From assembly GCA_048128005.1 (NCBI GenBank), contig JBEUKZ010000049.1, forward strand, positions 62,001 to 126,000: DNA of 64,000 nt, given 5' to 3'. The notes under the pieces are model-generated. The model was not told the origin of the DNA. It saw only the letters and a list, made by a program, of their open reading frames with translations, and ran no database searches. Position numbers and translations under genes: made by a program. The stretch is from Veleropilina oligotropha (lineage: Eukaryota). Shown here one piece after another: positions 44,741-55,493 of the stretch (positions within the stretch are counted from its first letter, which is position 1; each line of letters begins with the position of its first letter).

Positions 44741-45481
44741 ATGTTTCACACATTAACAAACGTTCAAGAGGGGACCGCGGTTGCCCTCCTGGAGCCGATT
44801 GATAACCGGGACGGCAAGCTATGTGTCAGCTTGCAGTCGCTCGACTATTGGGTAGGCTGGCACAACGTGCATGCCGGAGCCTTCTTTAAGACCCCGGATA
44901 CCACGGTCGACGTGGCACCAGGTTTCTACAGCTTCGATGACCTCGCCAAGACGATGAAGAGGTCGCTAGTTAACCTACAACTAGATGTAAGCCATGCTAC
45001 AGGGCTCGCCCGAATCGTGGTCCCAGAGGGGACTCGACTCGCGATAAGTGACGATATACGAAAACTCCTCGGCTTAGACCTCTCTTCGTTTATTCTCGAT
45101 AAAGCAGGGAATCTGAACCCACCGGTTCGGGGAGTACAGGGCCAACCACCTCCCCCTCCGGAGAGATCCGAGTGGCTACGCCCTGGGACTTATGACGGGA
45201 ATAAGCCTGTCGGGTTTGCCATAGCGCCAACCCTGCACGTTCACCTGGAGCAGCTTAGTACAACGCACAATGTGCAGGACGGCGCCCCGAGCACTATTCT
45301 CGCGGTGGTCCCTATCACGTCGCAGATGTTCGGTGAAGCTGGCCACTATCATAGCTATCCCGCCGGCCGGCGACTACAGGCCGGGCTAATCACAGAGTTG
45401 AAGGTTTACATCACAGACTCAGATGGTAAACCGCTCGACAATCACGGTATGCCTATTTCCGCAGTCCTTGCGATACAATGA
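44741..45481 (+). CDS. Minor capsid (penton-like, single jelly-roll) protein
   Basis: WHNV, PGFYSFDDL, RKLLGL, N..DGAPSTILAVVP, ELKVYITD.DGKPLDNHG..ISAVL.I. Confidence 0.8.
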   Translation: MFHTLTNVQEGTAVALLEPIDNRDGKLCVSLQSLDYWVGWHNVHAGAFFKTPDTTVDVAPGFYSFDDLAKTMKRSLVNLQLDVSHATGLARIVVPEGTRLAISDDIRKLLGLDLSSFILDKAGNLNPPVRGVQGQPPPPPERSEWLRPGTYDGNKPVGFAIAPTLHVHLEQLSTTHNVQDGAPSTILAVVPITSQMFGEAGHYHSYPAGRRLQAGLITELKVYITDSDGKPLDNHGMPISAVLAIQ

Positions 45482-45828
45482 GCAGCATCTACGGGACCCT
45501 GCTTGCAGACGAGCCCTCTTCCCCCCCGACCCGGTGGCACTTTGTCCTTAATTGTGGGGTAGCGCCCAATAAGGGGCTGGCGAGGAGGGAGTTCATGTTT
45601 CCAAACACTAGAGGTCGGTTCGGGTTGAACCCAGCCCTTCTAATGATCCACCTGACGCCGGTCCAGCCGGCCGGGGGCCCCAAGGCATGTTCCATAAGTA
45701 AACTCAGCCTGGATTCGGATAAGTTAACCCTCGCCTTTGTCATCAAGGCCCCGTGGGTCGGCACTCTGTATTTGAACGTTACAGTAGACATTTTAAACAA
45801 ACAGGCGGAACAATACAGCCACGTATGA
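45478..45828 (+). CDS. Hypothetical viral protein (116 aa, beta-rich)
   Basis: ATGA start/stop overlaps with both neighbours. Confidence 0.7.
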   Translation: MSSIYGTLLADEPSSPPTRWHFVLNCGVAPNKGLARREFMFPNTRGRFGLNPALLMIHLTPVQPAGGPKACSISKLSLDSDKLTLAFVIKAPWVGTLYLNVTVDILNKQAEQYSHV

Positions 45829-46460
45829 TGGACAACAAACCCTCAGCGCCAACGCTGTACCCACAACTTGGTGACGATGTGCCTTCGGAACTGCATGAGG
45901 CACAGTCTTTCCGACTACAGAAAGTGAATGAGCTTCAGGGGCAGCTAGAACGAGAACGGGATGCTCGGGCTGCACTATATAAAAAGTACCGACGAGGTGT
46001 TAACGTCGTTGACGGTATAGATAACGGACTAGTCGTCGCCACACTTGGTATGGGTAGCGCTGGAATTGGTCTACTGTCCACAATTGTAGCCGCCCCGGTC
46101 GTCCTAGTGCTGGAACTAGCGGCATTAGGGTGTGGGCTCGCTAGTATGGGTGGAAAGTATATCAGCCGGCGCCTCGGGGTGAAGGCTAAGAAACACGACG
46201 AGATTCGAGTCCTGGCCGACAGCAAGCTGAATACCATAACCGACCACGTCTCAAAGGCATTATCGGACGGGGTGATGTCTGATGATGAATTCCAACTGGT
46301 CACAGGGGAGATGTTGAAATACCAAGCCATGAAGGCATCAATTCGGGATAAGAGTAGGAAGGCGCACACCGCGATTTCACAGACCCAGAGCGAGCTTATT
46401 GAGCGTGGTCGTTTAGAGGGTCGTGCAGAGCTGCTGAAAAAAATCGGAGCTGGCGACTAA
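45825..46460 (+). CDS. Two-TM hairpin/coiled-coil protein with PSAP and LYPxL motifs
   Basis: MMDNKPSAPTLYPQL; Gly/Ala-rich hydrophobic hairpin flanked by helical regions; 211 aa. Confidence 0.8.
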   Translation: MMDNKPSAPTLYPQLGDDVPSELHEAQSFRLQKVNELQGQLERERDARAALYKKYRRGVNVVDGIDNGLVVATLGMGSAGIGLLSTIVAAPVVLVLELAALGCGLASMGGKYISRRLGVKAKKHDEIRVLADSKLNTITDHVSKALSDGVMSDDEFQLVTGEMLKYQAMKASIRDKSRKAHTAISQTQSELIERGRLEGRAELLKKIGAGD

Positions 46461-46542
46461 CTATCCAGGTTGAGCGTAGCCACGACTACCCCGCTCCTCC
46501 CCCGTATTAAAGCTAGAAATCGACAGTGATATCTGGACAACC

Positions 46543-46974
46543 ATGAAATCCATGAAATCTATGCTACTGTGTATTGCCGCGGTGTGCTGGCTAGGGGGTG
46601 TGTCTACCCAGGCGTCGACACACAACACTGCATTAATTCTGGAACATACGTGGACTAGGTACCGAAATCATCCCAGGTATAACCCCCGATTCGATCACTT
46701 GCGAAGAAACTTGCTACTACGCCCGGGTAGAGACCCCACCCCTGATGTCTCTCCACCGTCATGCCACTATTTTATTATCGGAGATAATGACTGTAGCCCT
46801 GCCACACCAAGAGATACTGTCACATGTGTCCAGTGTTCGACCCCCTCGTTATGTCCTGGAAAAAATGGGGAGTATTATACCATGCTGTCTGGCTGCTTCG
46901 GTGTGTGGAGAAAAGTCGGACAAATCTCACCCTGTAATTGTACTTTAATATCGGGTAACTATATATTCATATAA
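46543..46974 (+). CDS. Secreted cysteine-rich protein
   Basis: Signal-peptide-like MKSMLLCIAAVCWLGGVSTQA; eight Cys in the C-terminal ~70 aa including CxxC and CxC. Confidence 0.7.
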   Translation: MKSMKSMLLCIAAVCWLGGVSTQASTHNTALILEHTWTRYRNHPRYNPRFDHLRRNLLLRPGRDPTPDVSPPSCHYFIIGDNDCSPATPRDTVTCVQCSTPSLCPGKNGEYYTMLSGCFGVWRKVGQISPCNCTLISGNYIFI

Positions 46975-47407
46975 ACCAGCTGCTCCTGCATTAAAACATA
47001 TTTTTCCGGCTTTCCCCTGCGTATATTGTACCATTCAAAGTTGGTTGAAGTTCACGCAGGGGCTGCTTCACCTCTTTGTCTGATTGCGCTTGTAAAAAAA
47101 AGATAAAATTGAAAAAAAACTCGAAAAAATATTCTGTTTATTATTATTATTGCTTAAGTATGTATCATTGATGTCTCTCCTGTATATTCTTGTGTACATT
47201 GTACTGTAATATTAGTTATAGTTTGTACTGCGCTTAGAGCTTCACTAGGAGAGACATCAATGTATTAAATAATAATATTAATATCCCATGCAGCTATCTA
47301 CTTGGTTCATTTGTGCCTGATTTATGAATGGCAACAGTTGTTAAAAGCATGACACGCCATTTCTATAGTACTATAGAAATGCTGTCTGGCCGCTTCTGCG
47401 CGTATGA

Positions 47408-47560
47408 ATGAAATACCTCGCTGTCCCGAGTCGACCCAGATATAGAAAGTTACTGGATCAAGTCAAGAGAGATTGGCCCAGATTTCTTGGTCTGGTCCCC
47501 AACATTTTGTTTGGCACAGAAATAATATATCGGTCCCCGTGTTTACATGGTAGACCGTAA
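47408..47560 (+). CDS. Possible 50-aa basic micro-ORF
   Basis: MKYLAVPSRPRYRKLLDQVKRDWPRFLGLV...; starts 26 nt after the TATAG palindrome. Confidence 0.25.
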   Translation: MKYLAVPSRPRYRKLLDQVKRDWPRFLGLVPNILFGTEIIYRSPCLHGRP

Positions 47561-47802
47561 TCTAGTGGAGTCATGGTCACGTGGCAATGAGTTTCTAGAA
47601 AGTTCAGAAATCGTCAACAAGTATGTGTACGTGGAAAGCTCTAGAACGAACAGAGCTCGTCAACAAGTTATATATGGAAATGTGTACGTGGAAAGCTTCT
47701 AGAAGGCTGTAGAAGGCTGGAGGGGATTAGTGATATGAGTTTCGGCCGAAATGTCCACAGGTAAGTGTTTAATTTAATTTACTATTCTAGGCTACCCTAG
47801 TT

Positions 47803-48238
47803 TGTACACACGGTGACTTTTTGTAATACAAGCCCTACCCTCAGTCCCAAAATATAGCTGGGAGCCTCCACAGTGGGCCCCGGGGCCTAGTCTAAACTCC
47901 CCTGCTGACTAGTCCGAGCACCCTGAGTTCTAAACAGGTGCTGGGAGCTGTATTTTCCCATTCTATTAGAGTCCAATCACCCCCCCTGCTGCTGAGTTGA
48001 GATCCATATTAATTCTGAAAAGTGCTGGGAGCCTTAATTTCCCTCGCCGCGCCCCCAGATAAAAGGTATGGTCACCCCCCCTCGGAACAGGTGCTGGGAG
48101 CCTTATTTTCCCATTATAAAAGGTATGATCACCCCCTGCTGCTGAGTTGAGATCCATATTAATTCTGAAAAGTGCTGGGAGCCTTAATTTCCCTCGCCGC
48201 ACCCCCACATAAAAGGTATGGTCACCCCCCCTGCTGCT
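47803..48238 (-). repeat. Right terminal inverted repeat
   Basis: Reverse complement of the left TIR. Confidence 0.95.
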
Positions 48239-48344
48239 CATTGTTATCAACTGTAAACAAGTTAATGACTGATGCATGAACGTAGAACATGATTCATCAT
48301 TTTGATGGTAATGTCATTGGCTAATCATGTTGTCTGATTTCTAG

Positions 48345-48437
48345 ACCGACATGAAGGATTTAAGACATCACATGAAAACATTGATGAAGTATTGTCGACA
48401 TTTGCTGGTTAACCAACCAGACAAAGTGACAGAAGAG
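48345..48437 (+). CDS. Host exon, cohesin subunit SA/STAG-like
   Basis: CTAAT branch site, ttctAG and GTAAAT; 93 nt, phase 0-0, only one open frame, TDMKDLRHHMKTLMKYCRHLLVNQPDKVTEE, resembling the recalled STAG segment ED...LRK....F...CQ..L.N....VKEQ. Confidence 0.7.
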
Positions 48438-49156
48438 GTAAATATTTATTATTCGATGATTTATCAGGATTATTAGCCTAATATCGAAATCTGTAAATGT
48501 ACACAGTTGTAAGAGATGCACATGTGTAAGTAATTTGTTAAAATTTTGTATTTGAAGAATATATTAAATGTGGTGTTTTTTTCTGGAACTCATTCAGAGT
48601 GTTTGATTTGAGCACGAGTTGCCACTCAACATTCGAGTACAAATCAAACACCGAGAACAGAACACTCTAGTAGCTCGAGTCGGGTCAAACGTTCACAAAC
48701 ACACTCCAATTTCAGGAGAGTTTTCAAGCACATTACGTCATCAAAGATGGCTGACCGCCAAGACACTGGAGACGGTGACTTTTAATCATTGTTGAATTTT
48801 CTTAAATAAAAGCCCATTGCAAAGAAAAAATGGTATATTTTCAGGCAGATTCATAAACAAAATAGTAACAGAAATGCAGTTGTGTCGTCATTGACTTTAC
48901 TGTTGTTTGTAAAGTGTTCTAGTCTACATAATGCACCGAACACTTGATCTGCATTCGAGACGCATATGTACAGCACATACGAAGATGTGGAAACAGAGAC
49001 TGAGTCGTTGCCATATGTGATTTTCCTTAGCTGTGTTATATAAAATCATGCATGAATCGAACATATTTTATATGATAGTATATAATTATTGTGATGTTTA
49101 TATCTTTCGTTTCATATACAATACTTACGAAACAAAGATATAAATAGCAAAACAAA

Positions 49157-51014
49157 ATGCCCCCACAAACGAAGTTTAGGGGGGCATATAGGAGTCAGCT
49201 TGTCTGTCGGCCAGAAATTCCCTTCTCAGGCCACGATAATTGAAAAATCTACATAACCCAAAATTGGGTTACGTCAATTTTACTTGGCGCAACCCATTTG
49301 GTTACGCAAATTATTTGTCATGTATTTCATTTAATATGGGTGACGCGAAAGAAGTAATGCTGATGATTAACAGATTAGATGCAAGCCTATAGGCTAGTAA
49401 GCCTTCCAAACATTGATTACTATTAATTGGCGAAATATTGTACGACCCCTTTTAGCAATATTTCAGCATAGACTCCAGATTTAATGTTTCCTTCCGATCA
49501 GATGGCTTTAAATCTATAATATCCAGCCAGTGTTCATAACATGGTCATACTATTATACATGCACTGACTAACCGCAAGGGAAATATTTTAATACTAAGTA
49601 CTATTAATTTCATGATCATCCTAGATGCCAACTACAGAATATATACCCTGAAATATGCATTATCCATCTCAAAAGTGACATGAAATATTGCCACCTGAGT
49701 CAATTTTAGGTAGTCATTCAATATTTATAATGGTAAAATTTAAATTTGTAAAGTTATTTCAATCACTTAATTCATGACTATCAGGTTACGTTACCTATGT
49801 TTTATTATTAATAGCTTTGCTGTCATATAAAAGCAAGCAAACGTACAACTTTATTAATAATTAATAGATACTTTCCGTAAAATTACTTTAATTTCTGAAC
49901 AGCAATTTTAGAACAAATCCATTCCCCTGATTCAAATGTAAGTTTTCAGAAAACCTCCTTCTTAAACACAGTTTTTCAGTACAACTATTTTATAGACAAT
50001 ATACCAAATAGTATTTACAGATACTCAGTTTCGAACTCAGTTGTTTAAACGAATGCGTCCGTTAGTAAACAACAATGGCGGAACACGTGGAACAAAAGCG
50101 ACGGGACACATTATGATCAAGTTAAGTGAATAAAAAGTCAATTTAATAGTTCTTTGAATACATGGATAACTTTTTAAAGAAGTAATAGATCATATGGCGA
50201 ATTTGCAGGTTGTTTTTGCAGACGGATACTACTATTTGAAAAAAAACAAGTTTTATTTTGTGCGAATTCGTTCACGTCATTTTGGATTTGCGTAACCGAC
50301 ACGCGAACGAAACAAGGTGAAATATCGCGGCTTGCTTCTGCTCCGTATCTCGAACACTTTTTGAGCAAGGGACACGAAACGCAAAGGTGTGTGGCTTACC
50401 AAAAGTAGGTCACCACGACCTACTTTTCATGGTTGACTGCACTTAATCCAAAATTCCTTTCCGCTCCATATCTCCCATATTATTTGATCGAGGGACACGA
50501 AACTTGATGTGTGCATGCGTCATAACCCAAAGGTGTATCGCGTACCGAAAGTAGGTCACCATGACCTACTTTTCATGCTTGTCTGCACTTGATCCAAAAT
50601 TCCCTTCCTCTCCATATCTCCCATACTATTTGACCGAGGGACACGAAACTTGATGTGTCATAACCCTAAGGTGTGTCGCGTACCGAAAGTAGGTCACTAT
50701 GACCTACTTTTCGGACTTGACCGCATTTGGTCCAAAATTCCCTTCCACTCCATATCTTTCATACTATTTGACCAAGGGACACGAAACTGGATGTGTTTAT
50801 ACGTCATAACCCAAAGGTGTGTCGCGTACCAAAAGTAGGTCACCGTGACCTACTTTTCCCGTGTGACCACATTTGGTCAAAAATTCCATTCCGCTCCATA
50901 TCCCCCATACTATTTGACTGAGGGAGATGAAACTTCATGTGTGTATGCAACAGCCTGTTCCTGGGTCGAACGCTTTCGTAGGGGCATATGATCACTCCTG
51001 TGATAGCTGGAGTT
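49157..51014 (+). repeat. Helentron-type non-autonomous element, family B (~118-bp units), with nested MITE
   Basis: atgcccccacaaacg..gggggcata head, gtct microsatellite, gggacacgaaact...aaagtaggtcac units, 3' ggggcata + atcactcctgtgat hairpin. Confidence 0.75.
49227..50334. mobile_element. Non-autonomous DNA transposon (hAT5-like), 5-bp TSD
   Basis: CAGGCCACGATA...TATCGCGGCTTG (10/12 match); TSD CTTCT at 49222-49226 and 50335-50339. Confidence 0.65.
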
Positions 51015-51016
51015 AA

Positions 51017-52908
51017 CCCTAACTACGCGGGGACCGTGTAAACACGATCTGTCATTGCTTATTTCCCCAACGGGTACCGTGTATACGCAGTTACAGTACC
51101 TGTGTGGGACTAGCTTTTCTTTTATTCAAAACTAGGCAACAGGATGTATGTAATCATCATAAATAGCTTTTGAAAACTTCTGGGCTGCGTTCAAGAATAT
51201 CATTGGTCAATTTCGTCGACATTGCAAGCTTTGAAGTTTGGTTGTTTTGAAAATGGTGGCCGACGCGGTTATCGCAGAGATATTCGCCGATGACGATTCG
51301 GAGGCAGAATTAGAAGGCTTCACGGAAGATGATCTAAGATTTATGAGCGGTGAACTTCGTAACATCGACATACCAGACTGTGATAACGATATAGACATTG
51401 AAAGCGATGTAGGGCTAGGGTGGTCGCGAGAATCGAGAGAGCCTATCGTGACGCCTTTCACTGGCAGCCCTGGAATAAACATATCGGTAAATATTGAAAA
51501 TATGACGCTGTATATATTTTTCAAATTGTTTATAAATGACAATGATTTTGCGCATATGTCGGAAGAAACTAATAGATATCATGAACAAAACTTTAGTGGC
51601 TGAAATCTCAGTCAATTTGCCCCGTATTCACACTTTGTACGATACCACCCCCGAGGAAATCAACCAATGGCTGATCATTACGGGACTTGTTGAGAAACCA
51701 CGTTTCTAAAAAAATATTGGTCTTTCGATAGCATTATATGTACGCCCATTGTCAGTACATGTAGTACAATGCCACGGAAAAGATTTTTTAACATTTTGAG
51801 CTGTTTTCATTTGAATAATAATGAAAGTTACATTGCAAGAGGAAATGATGGAAGCAATCCAGTGTTCAAAGTTCGGCCGTTATATGACGTCACATGGAAC
51901 AGGTGTCTGTCTGTCTATACCCCTAATGAAAATCTGTCGCTTGACGAAGGCATGGTGCCATGGAAGGGTCGCTTGATATTCAAACAATATCTACCAAATA
52001 AACCGGACAGGTTTGGTACGAAGTTGTATGTGATATGCGAAGCTTCATCTGGTTATATTTGCCACTATGAAATTACACTGGTAAGGACTTTGATCCTAAC
52101 CCTGATATTTAAGCAGAGAGGAGAATTATTGGCATTGAAGTGGATGGACAAACGAGACGTAACAATGATTTCAACCAAACACTCGCCAACATTTTCTTTG
52201 AGTGAAAAGTATGACCATACAACAGTGGAGGTAATTGTTACCCCTATGCATAGTGGATTACAATAAACATATGGGTGGTGTTGATCATTCTGACCAACTC
52301 TCAAAGTATTACACCATAACAAGAAAGAGTTTAAAATGGTGGGAAAAACTGGCATTGCATATTATAAATATTAGCACCACTAATGCATACATTCTGTACA
52401 AAAGTATAAAACCGGTAACAAATTGAGCCATTATGATTTTCGAAAGGAACTCGCTCTCGACTTGATTAGTCAGCATGTTTCCCAAATGAACATAAAAAGT
52501 AGAAGACCCACCGGGGCTCCTGAAAATAGACTAACGCAGAGACATTTTCCTGCACCAATACCTGCACAAGAGAATGCCAAAAATAATACCAACAGTGGCA
52601 AACGTCATGCATTACCATGTGTAGAAATGATCTTATTTCTACTCCTGTGTATATGATAACACAAAACGATGTCACCTGATATTCACCTGTAATTTGCAAC
52701 TATGAACGACAAAGCATGTGTAAAAATTCACATTATTGAAGGATATACAATAAACTTTCTAAATCATATAGGTTTTACCTTTGATTTATATACACAAATG
52801 TTCTTCTAGGCCTTTTATGTAGTGGTGAACATTTACAAGAATTCATGGAAAAGAATACAGTAGGGCAATATATAGATATATAACCTTAGTATTGCAGCGT
52901 GTTAAGGG
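51017..52908 (+). mobile_element. Degenerate piggyBac transposon
   Basis: TTAA|CCCT...AGGG|TTAA; transposase fragments 51253-52656 (LSLDEGMVPWKGR, KQYLPNKP.RFG.K, YNKHMGGVD.SDQ) with stops, frameshifts and an internal deletion. Confidence 0.92.
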
Positions 52909-53256
52909 TTAATATTTGACTTATTTTGAAATATTTCATTTTACAATTTAAAACAATGACAAAATGTGAATTGTGAACGGGGAAAGAATGCGACAATCAC
53001 AGGGAGATAATATTTGTAAGAAACCCATCGCCCAACACTCGAGCTTGCATCCTACCCATTTGTTTACAGCATGCGTGTTGGCGTAAATATGCATGCGCAA
53101 CGTCGGCTATATGCATGCGCAACGTCTGCTCTTCACGATCCGAGAGCTGTCAAATTAAACACATCCTCAGATTTTCAACAAATTGACTAGATATTAATGT
53201 TGAAGATGAATACGTTTTAATTGATTCATTTGAAAAATCCTTTGCTTTCTTTCTAG

Positions 53257-53413
53257 GCCTACATTACCATATGTGCCCTTGTCATTATATTCCGCAAAAA
53301 CCTGTCCCAGAACGCTGTTATGAAACCACCACTAATTTATGTACCAGACAAAGATCTGCAGTGCCAGCTTGGCAGGTTTTTGACGGAAAAAGTGTTTGTA
53401 GAACAAGAAGATG
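53257..53413 (+). CDS. Host exon, cohesin subunit SA/STAG-like
   Basis: ttctttctAG and GTTAGT; 157 nt, AYITICALVIIFRKNL...PLIYVPDKDLQCQLGRFLTEKVFVEQED, resembling the recalled STAG segment AF..LCDLL.IF...PLV..PD..LQ.EL..F..DHVFI.QD. Confidence 0.8.
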
Positions 53414-53815
53414 GTTAGTATGGCAGCTGTGCAAGTCATAAATTATTTTAGTACAGTGGATTCCGCTTATTTGCATATCGAGGTTGTCGTGATTATTTAT
53501 GAAATAAATCAGATTATGCGATTAACCATTCTGTAAACTTCGGTAAAAAATTTCCCCGGAAATCACCGACGTTAAATATTTTAATAGGTTTTTGACTCGC
53601 ATGCAACGCAAATGCGAGTCTATGTAATGAGCATGTCGTCTGGCCGTCCGTCCGACTGGCATCAACAATTGGTTCTCCTGTTAAAGTTTTTGGTTCAATT
53701 TTCTCAAGCATGCTATATAAGCAACAATATGCATGTTTTAGCATTTCTATATGTTAGATATCACTATTTCATTGTTATCTGACCATAAATAAATAATATT
53801 GAAGATAATTAAATT

Positions 53816-54620
53816 GTGCTCCCACAAATGAAGTTTAGGGGGGGGGGGGGGGGCATATAGGAGTCGGCTTGTCTGTCTGTCGGTCTGTTGAAAATTCCCT
53901 TCCGCTCCATATCTCCGATAATATTTCATCTAGGAACACGAAACTTAATGTGTGCATGCATCTTGACTCAAAGGTGTGTCGCATACCAAAAGTAGGTCAC
54001 CACGACTTTTCACGCTTACCAGCGTTTGGTCCAAAATTCCTTTCCACTCCATATCTCCCATGCTATTTGACCTAGGGACACGAAACTTGATGTGTGGATG
54101 CGTCATAACCTAAAGGTGTTTTGCGTACCAAAATTAGGTCACTGTGACGTACTTTCCATGATTGACCGCATTTTGTCCAAAATTCCCTTCCGCTCCATAT
54201 CTCCCATACTTTTTGACCGAGGGACACGAAACTTGCTGTGTGCATGCATCTTGACTCAAAGGTGTGTCGTGTACTAAAAGTAGGTCACCACGACCTACTT
54301 TTCACGCTTACATGCGTTTGGTCCAAAATTCCTTTCCACTCCATATGTCCCATGCTATTTGACCTAGGGACACGAAACTTGATGTGTGGATGCGTCATAA
54401 CCCAAAGGTGTGTCGCGTACCAAAAGTATGTCACTGTGACGTACTTTCAATGCTTGACCGCATTCGGTCCAAAATTTGACTGAGGGATACGAAACTTGAT
54501 GTGTGCATGCTTCATATCCCAAAGGTGTGTCGGGTCAAAAGTAGGTGACTGCGACAGCATGTTCCTCGGTCAAGTGCTTTTGTGGGGGCATATGATCACT
54601 TCTGTGATAAGTTGAGTTTA
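53816..54620 (+). repeat. Second family B Helentron-type element
   Basis: Same head, ~118-bp units and 3' gggggcatatgatcacttctgtgat end as 49157-51014. Confidence 0.75.
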
Positions 54621-55493
54621 ATTCAAATTTTACCATAAATTAATGCTGCTTTTGGACTTATAAACTTTCGTTAAAGTTTATCAAGCATGCTATATATGCA
54701 ACAATAGGCACACTTTGGCATCTTCCTTTGTCAGATATCACTATTTCAAATTGATAACGTGGGGCCTACTTCACTTTATTGATCGATATGCGCTATCCAC
54801 GACTTACATTTCTCATTTCCATAACATATCTGCACTGAAACCATGTTTACCGAATTTTCTGTTCTGACTCTCCGGAAGTAAAAATTATTTTGGAACCCAC
54901 GAGATCATCATTTAGTAATAAATCGTATTAATGCTGTTACAGTGAAAGTACCTGTACGAATAAACGAGCAGCCTGCCAAAGCCGTCGTTGATACAGGTGC
55001 TGAAGTATCAGTAATAAGTGAGCGATTATTTGAGATGATTCCAGAGAGTGTGAGACCTAAAATTAGGAAAGCTGATAGAGAATTGGTAGTGGCTGAAGAA
55101 GGTAGAAGCATGACAACTAAAGGGATAGCTGATTTAATGATAGATCTTGGAGGTCACAGATTTAGTTGGCCAGTGTATGTGGCGCCAATTGGTGACAATT
55201 TCCTCTTAGGTTGTGATATTTTAGATGATTTGATTTGATGTTTAACGACCACGCCGACATTATTTCAGTCATAATCGGGTCAATAAAATAGAAATGATCG
55301 TGATTGGTATATTTACAGGTTAAAATATATAAATATCGATAAAAAGGCAAGTAAAAACAATGTAAATTTAGATAAAAACAAAGCAATAAAATAAAATGCT
55401 AGTGATGATAAAATGGTTGATAAAAACAAGTATAATAATAAAAAACAAAATCTGAAATTTGTGAAATAAATACTATTAAAAATAAAATATAAA

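Larger units (their letters stand above)
32324..48238. mobile_element. Complete endogenous Polinton-like virus (15,915 bp)
   Basis: Long TIRs, AG...CT ends, CATTG TSD (32319-32323 and 48239-48243); integrase, ATPase, capsid genes; GC content clearly above the flanks; intronless, tightly packed ORFs. Confidence 0.95.

Noticed and set aside
32322..48240. Alternative TG...CA termini for the provirus
   Set aside because: Extending the TIR by 2 bp removes the TSD; AG...CT ends give a perfect CATTG duplication
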